Below are positions 30,506 to 40,001 of a stretch of DNA of 64,000 nt, piece after piece (within the stretch, counting starts at the first letter, position 1; each line of letters starts with the position of its first letter). Below the pieces are notes generated by a model. It was given only the letters and a program-made list of their open reading frames with translations, was not told the origin of the DNA and ran no database searches. The DNA is from Candidatus Poribacteria bacterium (GTDB taxonomy: Bacteria > Poribacteria > WGA-4E > PCPOR2b): NCBI GenBank assembly GCA_965218095.1, contig OZ244587.1, forward strand, positions 1,440,001 to 1,504,000, given 5' to 3'. Both the position numbers and the translations under genes were made by a program.

Positions 30506-31594
30506 CTATGTGATCCCTAGCACCTCTTTCAATCCCCTTACAAACCGCTCATTATCTTCAGGTTTACCAATCGTCACCCGGATTGAATTGGGGAAACCGT
30601 ATCCAGCCACAGGACGAACAATCACGCCTTTTCGCATGAGGGCGTCGGAGACTTCCTGTCCAGATTGGTCAAAATGGACCAGAATGAAATTCCCTTCGGA
30701 TTCGACATACGCCAGCCCCATCTGATCCAAGGCTTCGTAGAGAGCGGCTTTGCCGGCGGCGTTGACCTCTTGGCTACGACGGACGTGCTCGACATCTTTC
30801 AGCACTGCCCGCGCCGCCGCCTGCGCAACTAAGTTGCAGTTGAATGGCTGACGCACGCGATTCATCGTTTCAATAATATCGGGCTTGGCGAGCCCGTATC
30901 CGATTCGCATCCCTGCAAGCCCGTAAATCTTGGAGAACGTCCGCGTGATGATGACGTTGCGCCCCTCGTAGATGTAAGCGAGGGTCTGCGGATAGTCGGG
31001 TCGATCGACATATTCATAGTACGCTTCGTCAAAGACAACGAGGACATCATCCGGCACACGCGCCATCAATTTTTCGGTCTCCGTTTTCGTAACCATTGTC
31101 CCGGTCGGGTTGTTCGGATTGGCGATGAAGATGACGCGGGTCTGATCGGTGATTGCATCCGCCATCGCTTCCAAGTCCTGCGTGTAACCGCACATCGGCG
31201 TGATGATTGATTTCGCACTGAAAATTTTGGCAACCAGCATGTAAACGACGAAAGCGCTTTCCGAATAGATGACCTCGTCGTCCGGCGATATGTAGGTCTC
31301 CCCGACCAGTTGCAGCACTTCGTTGGAGCCGTTCCCTAAGATCAGATTTTCGGGCGTAACGCCGAGGTGCGCCGCCAGATCTTGTTTCAGGTAGTACGCA
31401 TTCCCGTCGGGGTAAAGGTTCACCTCCGTTGCTGCACCCTGGATGGCACCCATCGCCATGGGCGAAGGGCCCAGCAGGTTCTCATTCGATGCCAGCTTGA
31501 TAATATCCGTGATTCCCAACTCACGCTGGACCTCTTCAATCGGTTTCCCCCCTTGATAGGGCTGGATGGTTTCAATTCCGGGTTTCGGTCTCAT
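30506..31594 (-). CDS. hisC: histidinol-phosphate aminotransferase
   Basis: KLASNEN, GNGSNE, NPNNPTG, DEAYYEY, RTFSKIYGLAGMRIGY. Confidence 0.94.
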   Translation of the reverse strand: MRPKPGIETIQPYQGGKPIEEVQRELGITDIIKLASNENLLGPSPMAMGAIQGAATEVNLYPDGNAYYLKQDLAAHLGVTPENLILGNGSNEVLQLVGETYISPDDEVIYSESAFVVYMLVAKIFSAKSIITPMCGYTQDLEAMADAITDQTRVIFIANPNNPTGTMVTKTETEKLMARVPDDVLVVFDEAYYEYVDRPDYPQTLAYIYEGRNVIITRTFSKIYGLAGMRIGYGLAKPDIIETMNRVRQPFNCNLVAQAAARAVLKDVEHVRRSQEVNAAGKAALYEALDQMGLAYVESEGNFILVHFDQSGQEVSDALMRKGVIVRPVAGYGFPNSIRVTIGKPEDNERFVRGLKEVLGIT

Positions 31595-32034
31595 AGCTCC
31601 CCTCGTTGATGAGTTCGTCGATTTCCTCCAATAATGGCTCTTTCGCTATTTCATCTTTCATTATTATTAACCTAAGTTGCTATCTATTCCAGAATGTCGA
31701 TTTTGGAAAATCGACCTACTCGAAATAACTATCTAAAAAAGAGCGGGCGGCAGTGGTAAATTCTATTGAGAGATGTTCGGAAGTTTCATAGTTTTCATAG
31801 TTTTCCGAGGAAATGCGAGAATTGGATAGAGACAAAAACAGGTTCAGAACTCACGCTAGGACTGAGTTCTGGGTGGTTCGCACGGGAAGGTTCTCGGAAA
31901 GTTACTCGGAAACCCACGTTGCCACCTAAAGAATTGGAAGACTGGAAGATTGGAAGACTAGAAGAGTTTATCCCTTCCAGCCTTCTAGCCTTTTTCCCTT
32001 CGACGCCTCCCTTAAAATGTAAAGTTTATTTTTT

Positions 32035-32244
32035 AGGACTTACGCAGTTGAACGCTCAAAGCCAACCCCCCTGTCCCCCTTATCAGGGGGGTAGTTCGGC
32101 GGTTCATCCCCGGGCAGTATAACGCCTGGTGCCCGATGAATCGGGCAACTACAATTTGGGGTGAGCGCATGTTTCTTAATCCCGATCTTGCATCGGGGTA
32201 AATTTTTGATTTACCTAGCGAACCCCCTGAAGTGCGTAAGTCCT
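32035..32244. mobile_element. MITE-like element with 12-bp terminal inverted repeats
   Basis: AGGACTTACGCA ... TGCGTAAGTCCT enclosing several small hairpins; TIR nearly identical to the IS701 end at 62657. Confidence 0.65.
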
Positions 32245-32488
32245 GTTCTTGAAACTTGCTTACCGATGCGTGGACAAAGCGTCGAGGCAAGAATGCCTCT
32301 CTCACAGCCGACCTAACCCCCACTAGACGGTTATGATAATCACGATGTCACAAATTGTCACATATTTTATCGGATGCGGTCGTTGAGGCAAGGATGCCTT
32401 TTCCACAACCTACGGGGAGAAGCTAACCCCGGTCAAACTTTCCGCTTGCTGCAACTGTGCCTCTAGCAGACAGTTTTGATAATTACGA

Positions 32489-32536
32489 TGTCACAATATA
32501 TCACAAATCGTCACATCAATGTGATATATTGTGACA
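32489..32536. repeat. perfect 17-bp inverted repeat with TCACA at 10-bp periodicity
   Basis: TGTCACAATATATCACA-14 nt-TGTGATATATTGTGACA. Confidence 0.7.
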
Positions 32537-32590
32537 CCGGCAGGCTTTGAGTTAAAAGTGCGGCTTTTTATCCTTGCTGTCTCCATCAAG

Positions 32591-32785
32591 TTATTTCCTT
32601 TCTAAGGTGGCAACTTGGGTTAATCTACCATTTCTCAAATCCGTCATTTTGGATCGAGTCATTCCCCGATTTTCAATCAGGCGATTGATCTTTGATGCTA
32701 GTTTGACTTTAGCCAATTCTTCATCAGGATTGGGGAAACCTAAGTCCTTAAAGATGTTTCCTGAACTGATTGTATAGTCTGCCAT
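32591..32785 (-). CDS. XRE-family HTH/antitoxin-like protein, probably internally deleted or truncated
   Basis: SSGNIFKDLGFPNPDEELAKVKLA motif of HigA-like HTH proteins; short. Confidence 0.6.
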   Translation of the reverse strand: MADYTISSGNIFKDLGFPNPDEELAKVKLASKINRLIENRGMTRSKMTDLRNGRLTQVATLERK

Positions 32786-32845
32786 TTTTTGCTTTCGGTT
32801 TCCCCCTCTTGATAGAACTGGATGATTTCAATTCTAGGTTTCTTC

Positions 32846-33631
32846 TCATAGCTCCCCCTCACCATTTGCCTGTGAGTTAAGGAAGTTGTCAATTTCTTTC
32901 AATAACGTCGTCTTCTCCGTTTCATAATTGGCGATGATGTCCTCCGGGATTGATCTGTTATGTGCCACGCAATTTCTCAACTGCTCAATCCACTCGACTT
33001 GATTCTCTAAACTTGCCAAAAAATCAATGTATTGCTTTCCTATGATCGGATTGCAATCGTTGAGCTTTTTATACTGCCTGAACACTAAATGAAAGAACTC
33101 ATTTTCATAAGACTCATTCATCAGTTTTGCAGTACGTCGTGGAGGGGGGGTAACAGGATCAATATTGGTCTCGTTTAAGAAGTCGTAAAAATCTTTGCCA
33201 TAGGTATCAATGAAAATCAGGGAAAGGGCTTCTCGTAGTTTCATTTCGATTTCAAAGATTTCTTTTCCGTAATCACGAAGCGTGCGCTGCAATTGTGGAT
33301 CATTCAGTTTCAGCAGATGCTTGATCCTTTCGTCAGTGCAATCCGCAGTGCAATCTGCTACGAATTCGCTGAAGTTGTTGATTAAATCTTCCATTTGTTC
33401 CTCTGCGCTATCAAATGTTATCGAAAATCCGCAGGTCCAGCGACCATCTTCTCGTGTCGTGGTGTGGCGGATAGTAATATGCTGCTCTAGTTCCTCGACT
33501 CCCGGCGGTTCATCGTCGATAGCTGCCAACGCACTCTTTAACATTTCCGTTAAAAGTTCTATCAACCCCATCTCACCAGATAGACCGATCTCGCTAGAAC
33601 ATACAACAAGGTAATCTACCGTCACGGACAT
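32846..33631 (-). CDS. hypothetical protein with HEPN (Swt1-like) RNase motif
   Basis: EIEMKLREAL helix and LRNCVAHNR (RxxxxH) motif. Confidence 0.65.
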   Translation of the reverse strand: MSVTVDYLVVCSSEIGLSGEMGLIELLTEMLKSALAAIDDEPPGVEELEQHITIRHTTTREDGRWTCGFSITFDSAEEQMEDLINNFSEFVADCTADCTDERIKHLLKLNDPQLQRTLRDYGKEIFEIEMKLREALSLIFIDTYGKDFYDFLNETNIDPVTPPPRRTAKLMNESYENEFFHLVFRQYKKLNDCNPIIGKQYIDFLASLENQVEWIEQLRNCVAHNRSIPEDIIANYETEKTTLLKEIDNFLNSQANGEGEL

Positions 33632-33632
33632 C

Positions 33633-34970
33633 TCAGGATACCTCCCTGCTCAAAAGCTGTGCTTCAAATTGTGCCTTCGCGGCTTCCCATTCCTCCGTGG
33701 CTTCTTGTTTGAGTTTTTCCGCTTTCGTGAGGCGTTGTTTGACGTCTGCAACGATTTCGTTTTGAACCTCAATCGGTGGAAGAATAACCTTTAGGGATTT
33801 CAAGGCTTTATAGTCCAGAGCGGGGCGAGTTCCACCCGTCACTTCCCTAATTGCCAGAGATCTACCAAGTTCAGAGTTAAGAAAAGCCGCAACATAATGC
33901 GGGTTGATATTGACGTTTGCAATTTGTTCTTTAAGATGGAATCGAACAGAGTGCTGATTTATATTCCCTTCAAAGTTATCCGGTACAACCGAGACGCTCC
34001 CGATTCGCCCTGTTATCGTAAACACCAGATCATCTTTTTTAAGTTGCGAACGACAAAGCATTCCCTCATGAACTTCTCTCTTGATGAACTTTGCATCACT
34101 CAAATCAATTCCCTGACTTGTAACATTTTGGACTCTCAAAAACGGGATACCAGATGAATCTGTGTAATAATCTTCGTCCACCTTTGGAGTGACTCCAGTA
34201 GAGATGTCTCTTATCAACATGCCCAAATTGAAAACATCAGACCGTGCACTTTCAACGATTTGGTCAATGGTTCTAAATTTGGATTGGTAGTAATACGAAT
34301 CAACCCGCCTCCCCACCGTTTCATTGGCGCGAACCGCAAAGCACTTCTTTTCCTCAACAACCGGCATCTCAATCCCCAATTCCGCCAGCACATAACCATC
34401 AATTGAATTCAAAAGCGTGTCCGCCTCTTTTAGTTTCTGCTCTCGTGCTTTTCGTGCCTCTTGCATCTGTGAAACAAGAGCGTGCTCAAATTCTACCTTG
34501 GGGATTTGAACCGAAGCAACATCTTCAGTTATAATTTTACCCTGGACCTGTCCGCTTTGGTTTCTCTCAAGTTGAAGTGCTCCTAGAGTACTGGACAGGA
34601 AGAACTGGATATAGGTTGGATCAAGATCAGCAACCCGTCGAATCGCAATCAGATTCGCTGATATGTTCCAAACTGGATAGGTTGAAGGAATAACAGCAGA
34701 GATTCCAAGTGTACCCCGCTGGGATATTACGAGATCACCTGGTTTGACCTGCGTTGAATTTAGTGAATTCGCTTTTTTCTCCGAAAGAAAAATGAGTGCT
34801 TTTTCATCGATCGTGCCTTCCATTGTGATGTTTGAAATACGGACAAGAGGAATGCCAGTCTCCTGATATTCGGCGGAAGTGATAGCTGACCCAAATGGAC
34901 CGCATATAACTTCCGAATAAAAATCAAGGCGTTGGATGTCTGGAAAGCGTCTCCGAATCTTGTTTATCAA
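33633..34970 (-). CDS. restriction-modification specificity (HsdS-like) subunit with two TRDs; reading frame extends to 35075 and is probably reached by -1 frameshift
   Basis: GPFGS..GIPLVRISNI and GVTP..GIPFLRVQNV TRD starts, LPPIEVQNEIV, coiled-coil spacers; TTG start lacks an RBS. Confidence 0.85.
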   Translation of the reverse strand: MINKIRRRFPDIQRLDFYSEVICGPFGSAITSAEYQETGIPLVRISNITMEGTIDEKALIFLSEKKANSLNSTQVKPGDLVISQRGTLGISAVIPSTYPVWNISANLIAIRRVADLDPTYIQFFLSSTLGALQLERNQSGQVQGKIITEDVASVQIPKVEFEHALVSQMQEARKAREQKLKEADTLLNSIDGYVLAELGIEMPVVEEKKCFAVRANETVGRRVDSYYYQSKFRTIDQIVESARSDVFNLGMLIRDISTGVTPKVDEDYYTDSSGIPFLRVQNVTSQGIDLSDAKFIKREVHEGMLCRSQLKKDDLVFTITGRIGSVSVVPDNFEGNINQHSVRFHLKEQIANVNINPHYVAAFLNSELGRSLAIREVTGGTRPALDYKALKSLKVILPPIEVQNEIVADVKQRLTKAEKLKQEATEEWEAAKAQFEAQLLSREVS

Positions 34971-35021
34971 GATCTGATATTTTGGAAGATGGTAATGGTA
35001 ATCTGCCCGTTTTGTTACTTC

Positions 35022-35081
35022 GCCCCGCCGAACCGCAAAGTGCTGTAGCTCTCCCTCAGCGGCGGGGCTTAGACGAAAAAA
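35022..35081 (-). other. candidate programmed -1 ribosomal frameshift signal
   Basis: mRNA T_TTT_TTC (35081-35075), spacer GTCTAA, stem GCCCCGCCG/CGGCGGGGC (35068-35060 with 35030-35022). Confidence 0.75.
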
Positions 35082-36874
35082 GGTTCGGGATTCTTTTCAA
35101 ATACCCGGTACTGCCTCACCACCTCCGGGAGTTGATTCTCAGTTTCACGTCCGGTGGCGTTATAGCCAATCAACTCCGGTGCTGCCATGAAAATGGCTTC
35201 GTCGTCGCTCAGCTTCTCACCGTCGTCGCGTCTGCGGAGAAAAACGATGCTCGCTTTTACGCCCGCCCCGAAATGGGCAAAGGTCATTTGTGGTAGGCTT
35301 ACGATGGCGTTAATCTGGAAACGTTCCAACAGAAAGTCGCGTACCTCTTGCAGCGAGGAGTTAGTTAAAATTCCGTCGGGTATGATGACGGCTGCACGTC
35401 CGGTGCCGGGTTTGAGAAAATCCCAGATACGTTCAATAAAGAGGATCTCGGTCCGCTGGTTTTTGCGAGGTCTCTTGTGCCCGGCTTTATTCATCTGATT
35501 CCCCAACTCATAGTCCTCAAGATAGGGGTGTTCAGACAGTGACACCTTTGCCCCGAAAGGTGGGTTTGTCAAAATCAGGTCAAAGTACCCTTCTTTGAAC
35601 TCGTTGTTACCTGTTCTCTCACGGATGCGGTCGAACTCTTGCAGTGCGTCTGCGCTGATGACGTTGGTGTGACCGTCGTCGTGGAGAATCATGTTCATTT
35701 TAGCAACGCGTGCAATCTCTTCGTTGACCTCAATCCCGAAAAGCTGATCTTTAGCGAAATCATGCCAATGCTTAGAACGTTTTCCTTGATCGTCGTGATA
35801 ATCCTTTGCTCCTTTGCGAACATCGTTGAGTGCATGGAGTAGGAATCCACCCGAACCGCAAGCTGGATCCAATACGCGTTCATAGTGTTGGGGCTGCATC
35901 ATCTGGACCGCAAAATCAATGATTTCCCGCGGGGTGAAATACTGACCGAAATGGCCCTTGAAAAAGCCGTCCATAAACGTTTCAAATGCCAACCCTTTTG
36001 TATCAAGATCTGTGTCGGAGAGGTTAATCCCCTCAATGTGGGAGACAATGGTGCGGAGTGTTGGGGCGTCGATCTTGATGGTATCGGTGAAAACATCAGG
36101 TTCCCTCCGCTGCTGCACCTCATAGATTGACCGGATGCGCTCGTAGAGTTTGCTACTCGGCTCATGTGTCTTAATCTGAAATTCGTAAGGTTCGCCCTTT
36201 TTCTTATTTACTTCGTCATTGATTTTGACGAAGATAATTTTACACAGCTCGCCGAAAGCCTCGGGAGGCGAGAGTCTACCGCCTCCCCAAAGGGTCTGAT
36301 GGCATTTCTTGATCGTAGCAATGAGCACCTCTTTGGTGACATCGGAAATATCGTTTTGGGTTCCTTTCCAAAAACGGAATTTCTCCGGTTTACCATACTG
36401 TTGGGGAAGGTCTGCGACGATATTCGCCTCGCGTTCAAGAATCCCATATTTCGGAGAGAAATCGAGGAATCGCCGTGTCTGACCGGCGACCACCCCAACA
36501 AAGTTTGCACGAAACTTGGCCCATGCGCCGTTGCCACAAGCCTGCTCAACCGCTTGATCGAATTCCGAATCGGTGATGTCATCGCGCTTGCACTCAATCA
36601 CGGCATAGGGACGCTTCCGTTCGTCATCGCGAAAAACGACCAGATCAGCGATGTCCCTCGGGGTCCGGTCAGGCACCGTTACTTCAACCCGGATACGGTT
36701 CGGTTCATAGCCGTAGCGGTAGATTAGTTCCGCCCAATATTCCGCTCTAACTTTCTCTTCGGGGTCAGCGTATTTTTCTGTGCGGTTAATCGCAACATAG
36801 GTAATCTTTTCAGCGTTCCCCTTGCCCGAAAGATGTGCATCTCCATTTTTAAGTGCTTTCTCCAAGTAGGTCAT
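35069..36874 (-). CDS. fused restriction endonuclease (HsdR_N-like) and N6-adenine DNA methyltransferase, type IIB/IIG-like
   Basis: EEKVR...ADLVVF...VIECK PD-(D/E)xK core; GQYFTPR, LDPACGSGGFL (motif I), TNPPFG (motif IV). Confidence 0.92.
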   Translation of the reverse strand: MTYLEKALKNGDAHLSGKGNAEKITYVAINRTEKYADPEEKVRAEYWAELIYRYGYEPNRIRVEVTVPDRTPRDIADLVVFRDDERKRPYAVIECKRDDITDSEFDQAVEQACGNGAWAKFRANFVGVVAGQTRRFLDFSPKYGILEREANIVADLPQQYGKPEKFRFWKGTQNDISDVTKEVLIATIKKCHQTLWGGGRLSPPEAFGELCKIIFVKINDEVNKKKGEPYEFQIKTHEPSSKLYERIRSIYEVQQRREPDVFTDTIKIDAPTLRTIVSHIEGINLSDTDLDTKGLAFETFMDGFFKGHFGQYFTPREIIDFAVQMMQPQHYERVLDPACGSGGFLLHALNDVRKGAKDYHDDQGKRSKHWHDFAKDQLFGIEVNEEIARVAKMNMILHDDGHTNVISADALQEFDRIRERTGNNEFKEGYFDLILTNPPFGAKVSLSEHPYLEDYELGNQMNKAGHKRPRKNQRTEILFIERIWDFLKPGTGRAAVIIPDGILTNSSLQEVRDFLLERFQINAIVSLPQMTFAHFGAGVKASIVFLRRRDDGEKLSDDEAIFMAAPELIGYNATGRETENQLPEVVRQYRVFEKNPEPFFV

Positions 36875-36923
36875 GTTTTTCTCCTGTAGGTGTGGGATAG
36901 GTACATTGCAGTCATGCAGTTAA

Positions 36924-36952
36924 AAAATATCACGAACTTCAATTTGTGTCAA
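36924..36952 (-). promoter_or_regulatory. sigma70-like promoter of the RM operon
   Basis: Minus strand TTGACA-17 bp-TATTTT with extended -10 TG. Confidence 0.5.
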
Positions 36953-36982
36953 GGGCAAACAGAGAAGTACGCATCTTTAGGT

Positions 36983-37011
36983 TTGCAAGATTCAGTCGGG
37001 CTTGCTATAAT
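36983..37011 (+). promoter_or_regulatory. sigma70-like promoter of pduO
   Basis: TTGCAA-17 bp-TATAAT with extended -10 TG. Confidence 0.55.
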
Positions 37012-37039
37012 GAAATACCAAGGAGGTGGAAGCTGCAGA

Positions 37040-37606
37040 ATGAAAATCTATACCAAAACCGGCGATGGCGGCGAAACAGGACTTTATGGCGGAACACGGA
37101 TTCCCAAGGATTCTATGCGTGTTGAGGCTTACGGAACGATTGATGAGCTCAACGCCTGCATTGGATTGGCGCAATCACAGATCCAAGATGCGGAGCTCTG
37201 CGCAATTCTCCACCGTATTCAGAATGAACTCTTTGATCTCGGGGCAGACCTCGCGACACTGGATGCGCATCCGAAAGCGGATAATCTGAGACTCACATCC
37301 GATTCGACCGCTTCACTCGAAAGAGAGATTGATCAGTTTCAAGCAGAACTCCCGGCGATGACCCATTTCATTTTGCCCAGTGGTTCGCCGGGGGCGGCGG
37401 CACTGCACCTCACCCGAGCTGTCTGTCGTCGTGGTGAGCGGTGTGTTGTCCGTCTTGCCAAAACAGAGACGGTTAATCCAGAGATCTTGCGCTACCTGAA
37501 TCGGCTTTCCGATCTGCTGTTTGTCCTTGCCCGCCTGGTTAACCGTCGTTCAGACGCCTATGAACCGTTTTGGAGTTCACCTTTGGAGCGCGCGAAATCC
37601 AAATAG
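37040..37606 (+). CDS. pduO: ATP:cob(I)alamin adenosyltransferase, PduO type
   Basis: MKIYTKTGDGGET, AYGTIDELN, IQNELFDLGADL, RRGER, YLNRLSDLLF. Confidence 0.93.
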   Translation: MKIYTKTGDGGETGLYGGTRIPKDSMRVEAYGTIDELNACIGLAQSQIQDAELCAILHRIQNELFDLGADLATLDAHPKADNLRLTSDSTASLEREIDQFQAELPAMTHFILPSGSPGAAALHLTRAVCRRGERCVVRLAKTETVNPEILRYLNRLSDLLFVLARLVNRRSDAYEPFWSSPLERAKSK

Positions 37607-37665
37607 GTAAATCGGCGAATAAGCAAAATTAGCAAAGCTTCAATTCGCAAGGAAGGAGTGATTTT

Positions 37666-38423
37666 ATGCGGCTGAAAGATAAGGCAGCCATTATCACCGG
37701 TGCAGGTAGAGGCATCGGTAAAACAACCGCAATTCGCTTTGCGGAGGAAGGGGCGAAGGTTGTCGTTGATGACGTGAACCCAGAGATTGGAAACGCAACT
37801 GTCGAGCAAATCATTCCACAGGTGGAGAGGCGATTTTTGTTCGTGCAGATGTCTCGTCTCAGGAGGAAGTGGCGGCGCTTGTTTCGGGGACAATCGAAAC
37901 CTTTGGGCAGGTGAATGTTCTAGTCAACAACGCGCTCTGCTCGACGGAGGATGTTGTCAACAACAATTGGGACGCTAACTTGAACGTTGCGCTTCGCGGC
38001 ACAGATTTATGCTCGCAGGCCGTGATTCTAGAGATGCAAAAGATTGGTGGCGGAAGCATCATCAATATCGCGTCGGTCAATGGGTTAATCGGCTTGCAAG
38101 GCATCCACGCCTACGCCGCCGCCAAAGGTGGGGTCATTTCGCTGACCCGATCACTGGCGGTGTGGCATGGCAGAGACAATATCCGTGTCAACTGTATCTG
38201 CCCCGGCACCATTCAAACGGAAGTGTGGGAGCCAATCATCGCAAAGAATCCGCAGATCTTCGACGAAATCACGCCCTGGTATCCACTTGGTCGGATCGGG
38301 AAGCCGATTGACATTGCGAATGCCGCGCTGTTCCTTGCGTCTGACGAATCTTCGTTTGCAACCGGGGCAACATTCGTGATTGACGGTGGACTCACGGCGG
38401 GATTACATCGGTTTCCGTTGTAG
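37666..38423 (+). pseudogene. SDR family oxidoreductase, one frameshift near 37815
   Basis: TGAGRGIG in the first ORF; LVNNA, YAAAK and VNCICPG in the second; junction restores [12 protein letters not shown]. Confidence 0.82.
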
Positions 38424-38505
38424 CCCAGAGAAAGGAGGGACTTGCTACGGCATCAAACACATCTCATTAATCCCAAACAAACTGGACTAACAGGAAGGAG
38501 CAAGT

Positions 38506-39642
38506 ATGAAAAACTCAAAAATAGATTGCATTGAATGGGCACAGCTTACCGGTCAACGTCCGCGGGAAGCTGGGTGCAACTCACGTCTTAAGGTACACGG
38601 ACTGCATGTCAGGCCCCCCATTGCCCGTGTCACCACCGACGACGGTGCGATGGGCTTTGGTTGGTCACGCATCACCGAGGCTCAAGCCAAAGCGCTTGTC
38701 GGCTTGAACTTGAGCGAGGCTTTCGATTCGGCGGATGGCGTCAGTGAACAATTCCGCGTGCTTGAATACCCGATTTGGGACCTCGCAGGGCAACTCGCCG
38801 GAAAGCCGGTATATGCGCTGCTCGGTGGTCAGGTAGGCGATGATGGTGTTTTTCGCGCCCGCTGTTACGACACCTCGCTGTACATTGATGACCTGCATCT
38901 CGAAGATGACGGTGAGGCAGCCGCACTCATTGCCTCCGAAGCGCTGGAAGGTGCGGCGCGGGGTCATACGGCATTCAAAATTAAGGTAGGACGCGGGGCG
39001 ATGCACGTGCCACTCGAAAAAGGAACGCATCGAGATGTTCTCGTGATTCGTGCCGTCCGGGAAGCTGTTGGCCCCGATGCAACGATTCTAATCGATGCCA
39101 ATAACGGCTACAACTTGAACCTTACAAAGCGAGTGTTGAGCGAAACCGCCGATGTGGGCGTCTACTGGATGGAGGAGGCATTCCACGAGGATGCGAGCTT
39201 CTACGCCAATCTGAAAGAATGGCTCAATTCGGAGGGGTTAAAGACCCGGATCGCCGATGGGGAAGGCGGCGCCTCACTCCGGCTGCTCGATTGGGCAGAG
39301 GAGGGGTTGATCGATATTGTGCAATATGACATCTTCCACCCCGGCTTCTCCCGCTGGCTTGAGCTTGGGCCGCAGCTCGACGAGTGGAACGTCGGTTCAG
39401 CGCCACACCATTATGGCGGGCATTACGGCAATTATGCGGCATGCCATCTTGCTGCGGCAATCCAAGGCTTTGAGTTTGTCGAATGGGACGAAGCCGAAAC
39501 GCCCGGTTTGGACGCCTCTGGGTATTCGATTTCCGATGGTTATGTCAAGGTCTCCAAGCTGCCCGGCTTTGGTCTCAGCCTTGATGAGGCGATCTACGCT
39601 CGCGCCGTCAAAGAGAATGGATTTGTTGTGCGCGGAACGTGA
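38506..39642 (+). CDS. mandelate racemase/muconate lactonizing enzyme family protein
   Basis: FKIKVG, IDANNG, WMEE, IADGEG, PGFGL. Confidence 0.88.
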   Translation: MKNSKIDCIEWAQLTGQRPREAGCNSRLKVHGLHVRPPIARVTTDDGAMGFGWSRITEAQAKALVGLNLSEAFDSADGVSEQFRVLEYPIWDLAGQLAGKPVYALLGGQVGDDGVFRARCYDTSLYIDDLHLEDDGEAAALIASEALEGAARGHTAFKIKVGRGAMHVPLEKGTHRDVLVIRAVREAVGPDATILIDANNGYNLNLTKRVLSETADVGVYWMEEAFHEDASFYANLKEWLNSEGLKTRIADGEGGASLRLLDWAEEGLIDIVQYDIFHPGFSRWLELGPQLDEWNVGSAPHHYGGHYGNYAACHLAAAIQGFEFVEWDEAETPGLDASGYSISDGYVKVSKLPGFGLSLDEAIYARAVKENGFVVRGT

Positions 39643-39920
39643 TGCGTGAGATGAAAAATGTGCACTATTTTGAAAGGCATGTTATAATTTGACTTTGTAT
39701 GAGATAATCGGCAGATCCACTGCTGGCTCCGGTGCTGGCGCTTCGCACCGAGCATCCTCGACCTTCGGGCTGCAGGTCCCCCAACCAAAGACCGCAGTAG
39801 TCAATGGTTAGCCCCTTCTATTTGAATTAGTTTCTTGACTTAAGCCTTGTTCCTGCTCATACCAGTGATTCAACCCACACTTGCTTCCTTTCGTATCTTT
39901 GCCCTTCCTTAAAAATGAAG

Positions 39921-39985
39921 TTGACAAACTGCAAAAAATAGATTACCATATACTAATTATAAATTTAGGAGTGACTAAATATAAA
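39921..39985 (+). promoter_or_regulatory. sigma70 promoter and DtxR/MntR-type operator palindrome
   Basis: TTGACA-17 bp-TACCAT followed by ATTTAG-GAGTGA-CTAAAT (39963-39980). Confidence 0.65.
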
Positions 39986-40001
39986 TTTTGGATAGCCAAG
40001 A

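Noticed and set aside
31766-32323. ORFs 31766-32122 and 32033-32323
   Set aside because: Translations of repeat and MITE DNA with no RBS or protein features
36880-37040. Cobalamin riboswitch before pduO
   Set aside because: Leader too short and no B12-box motif; the space is taken by two divergent promoters
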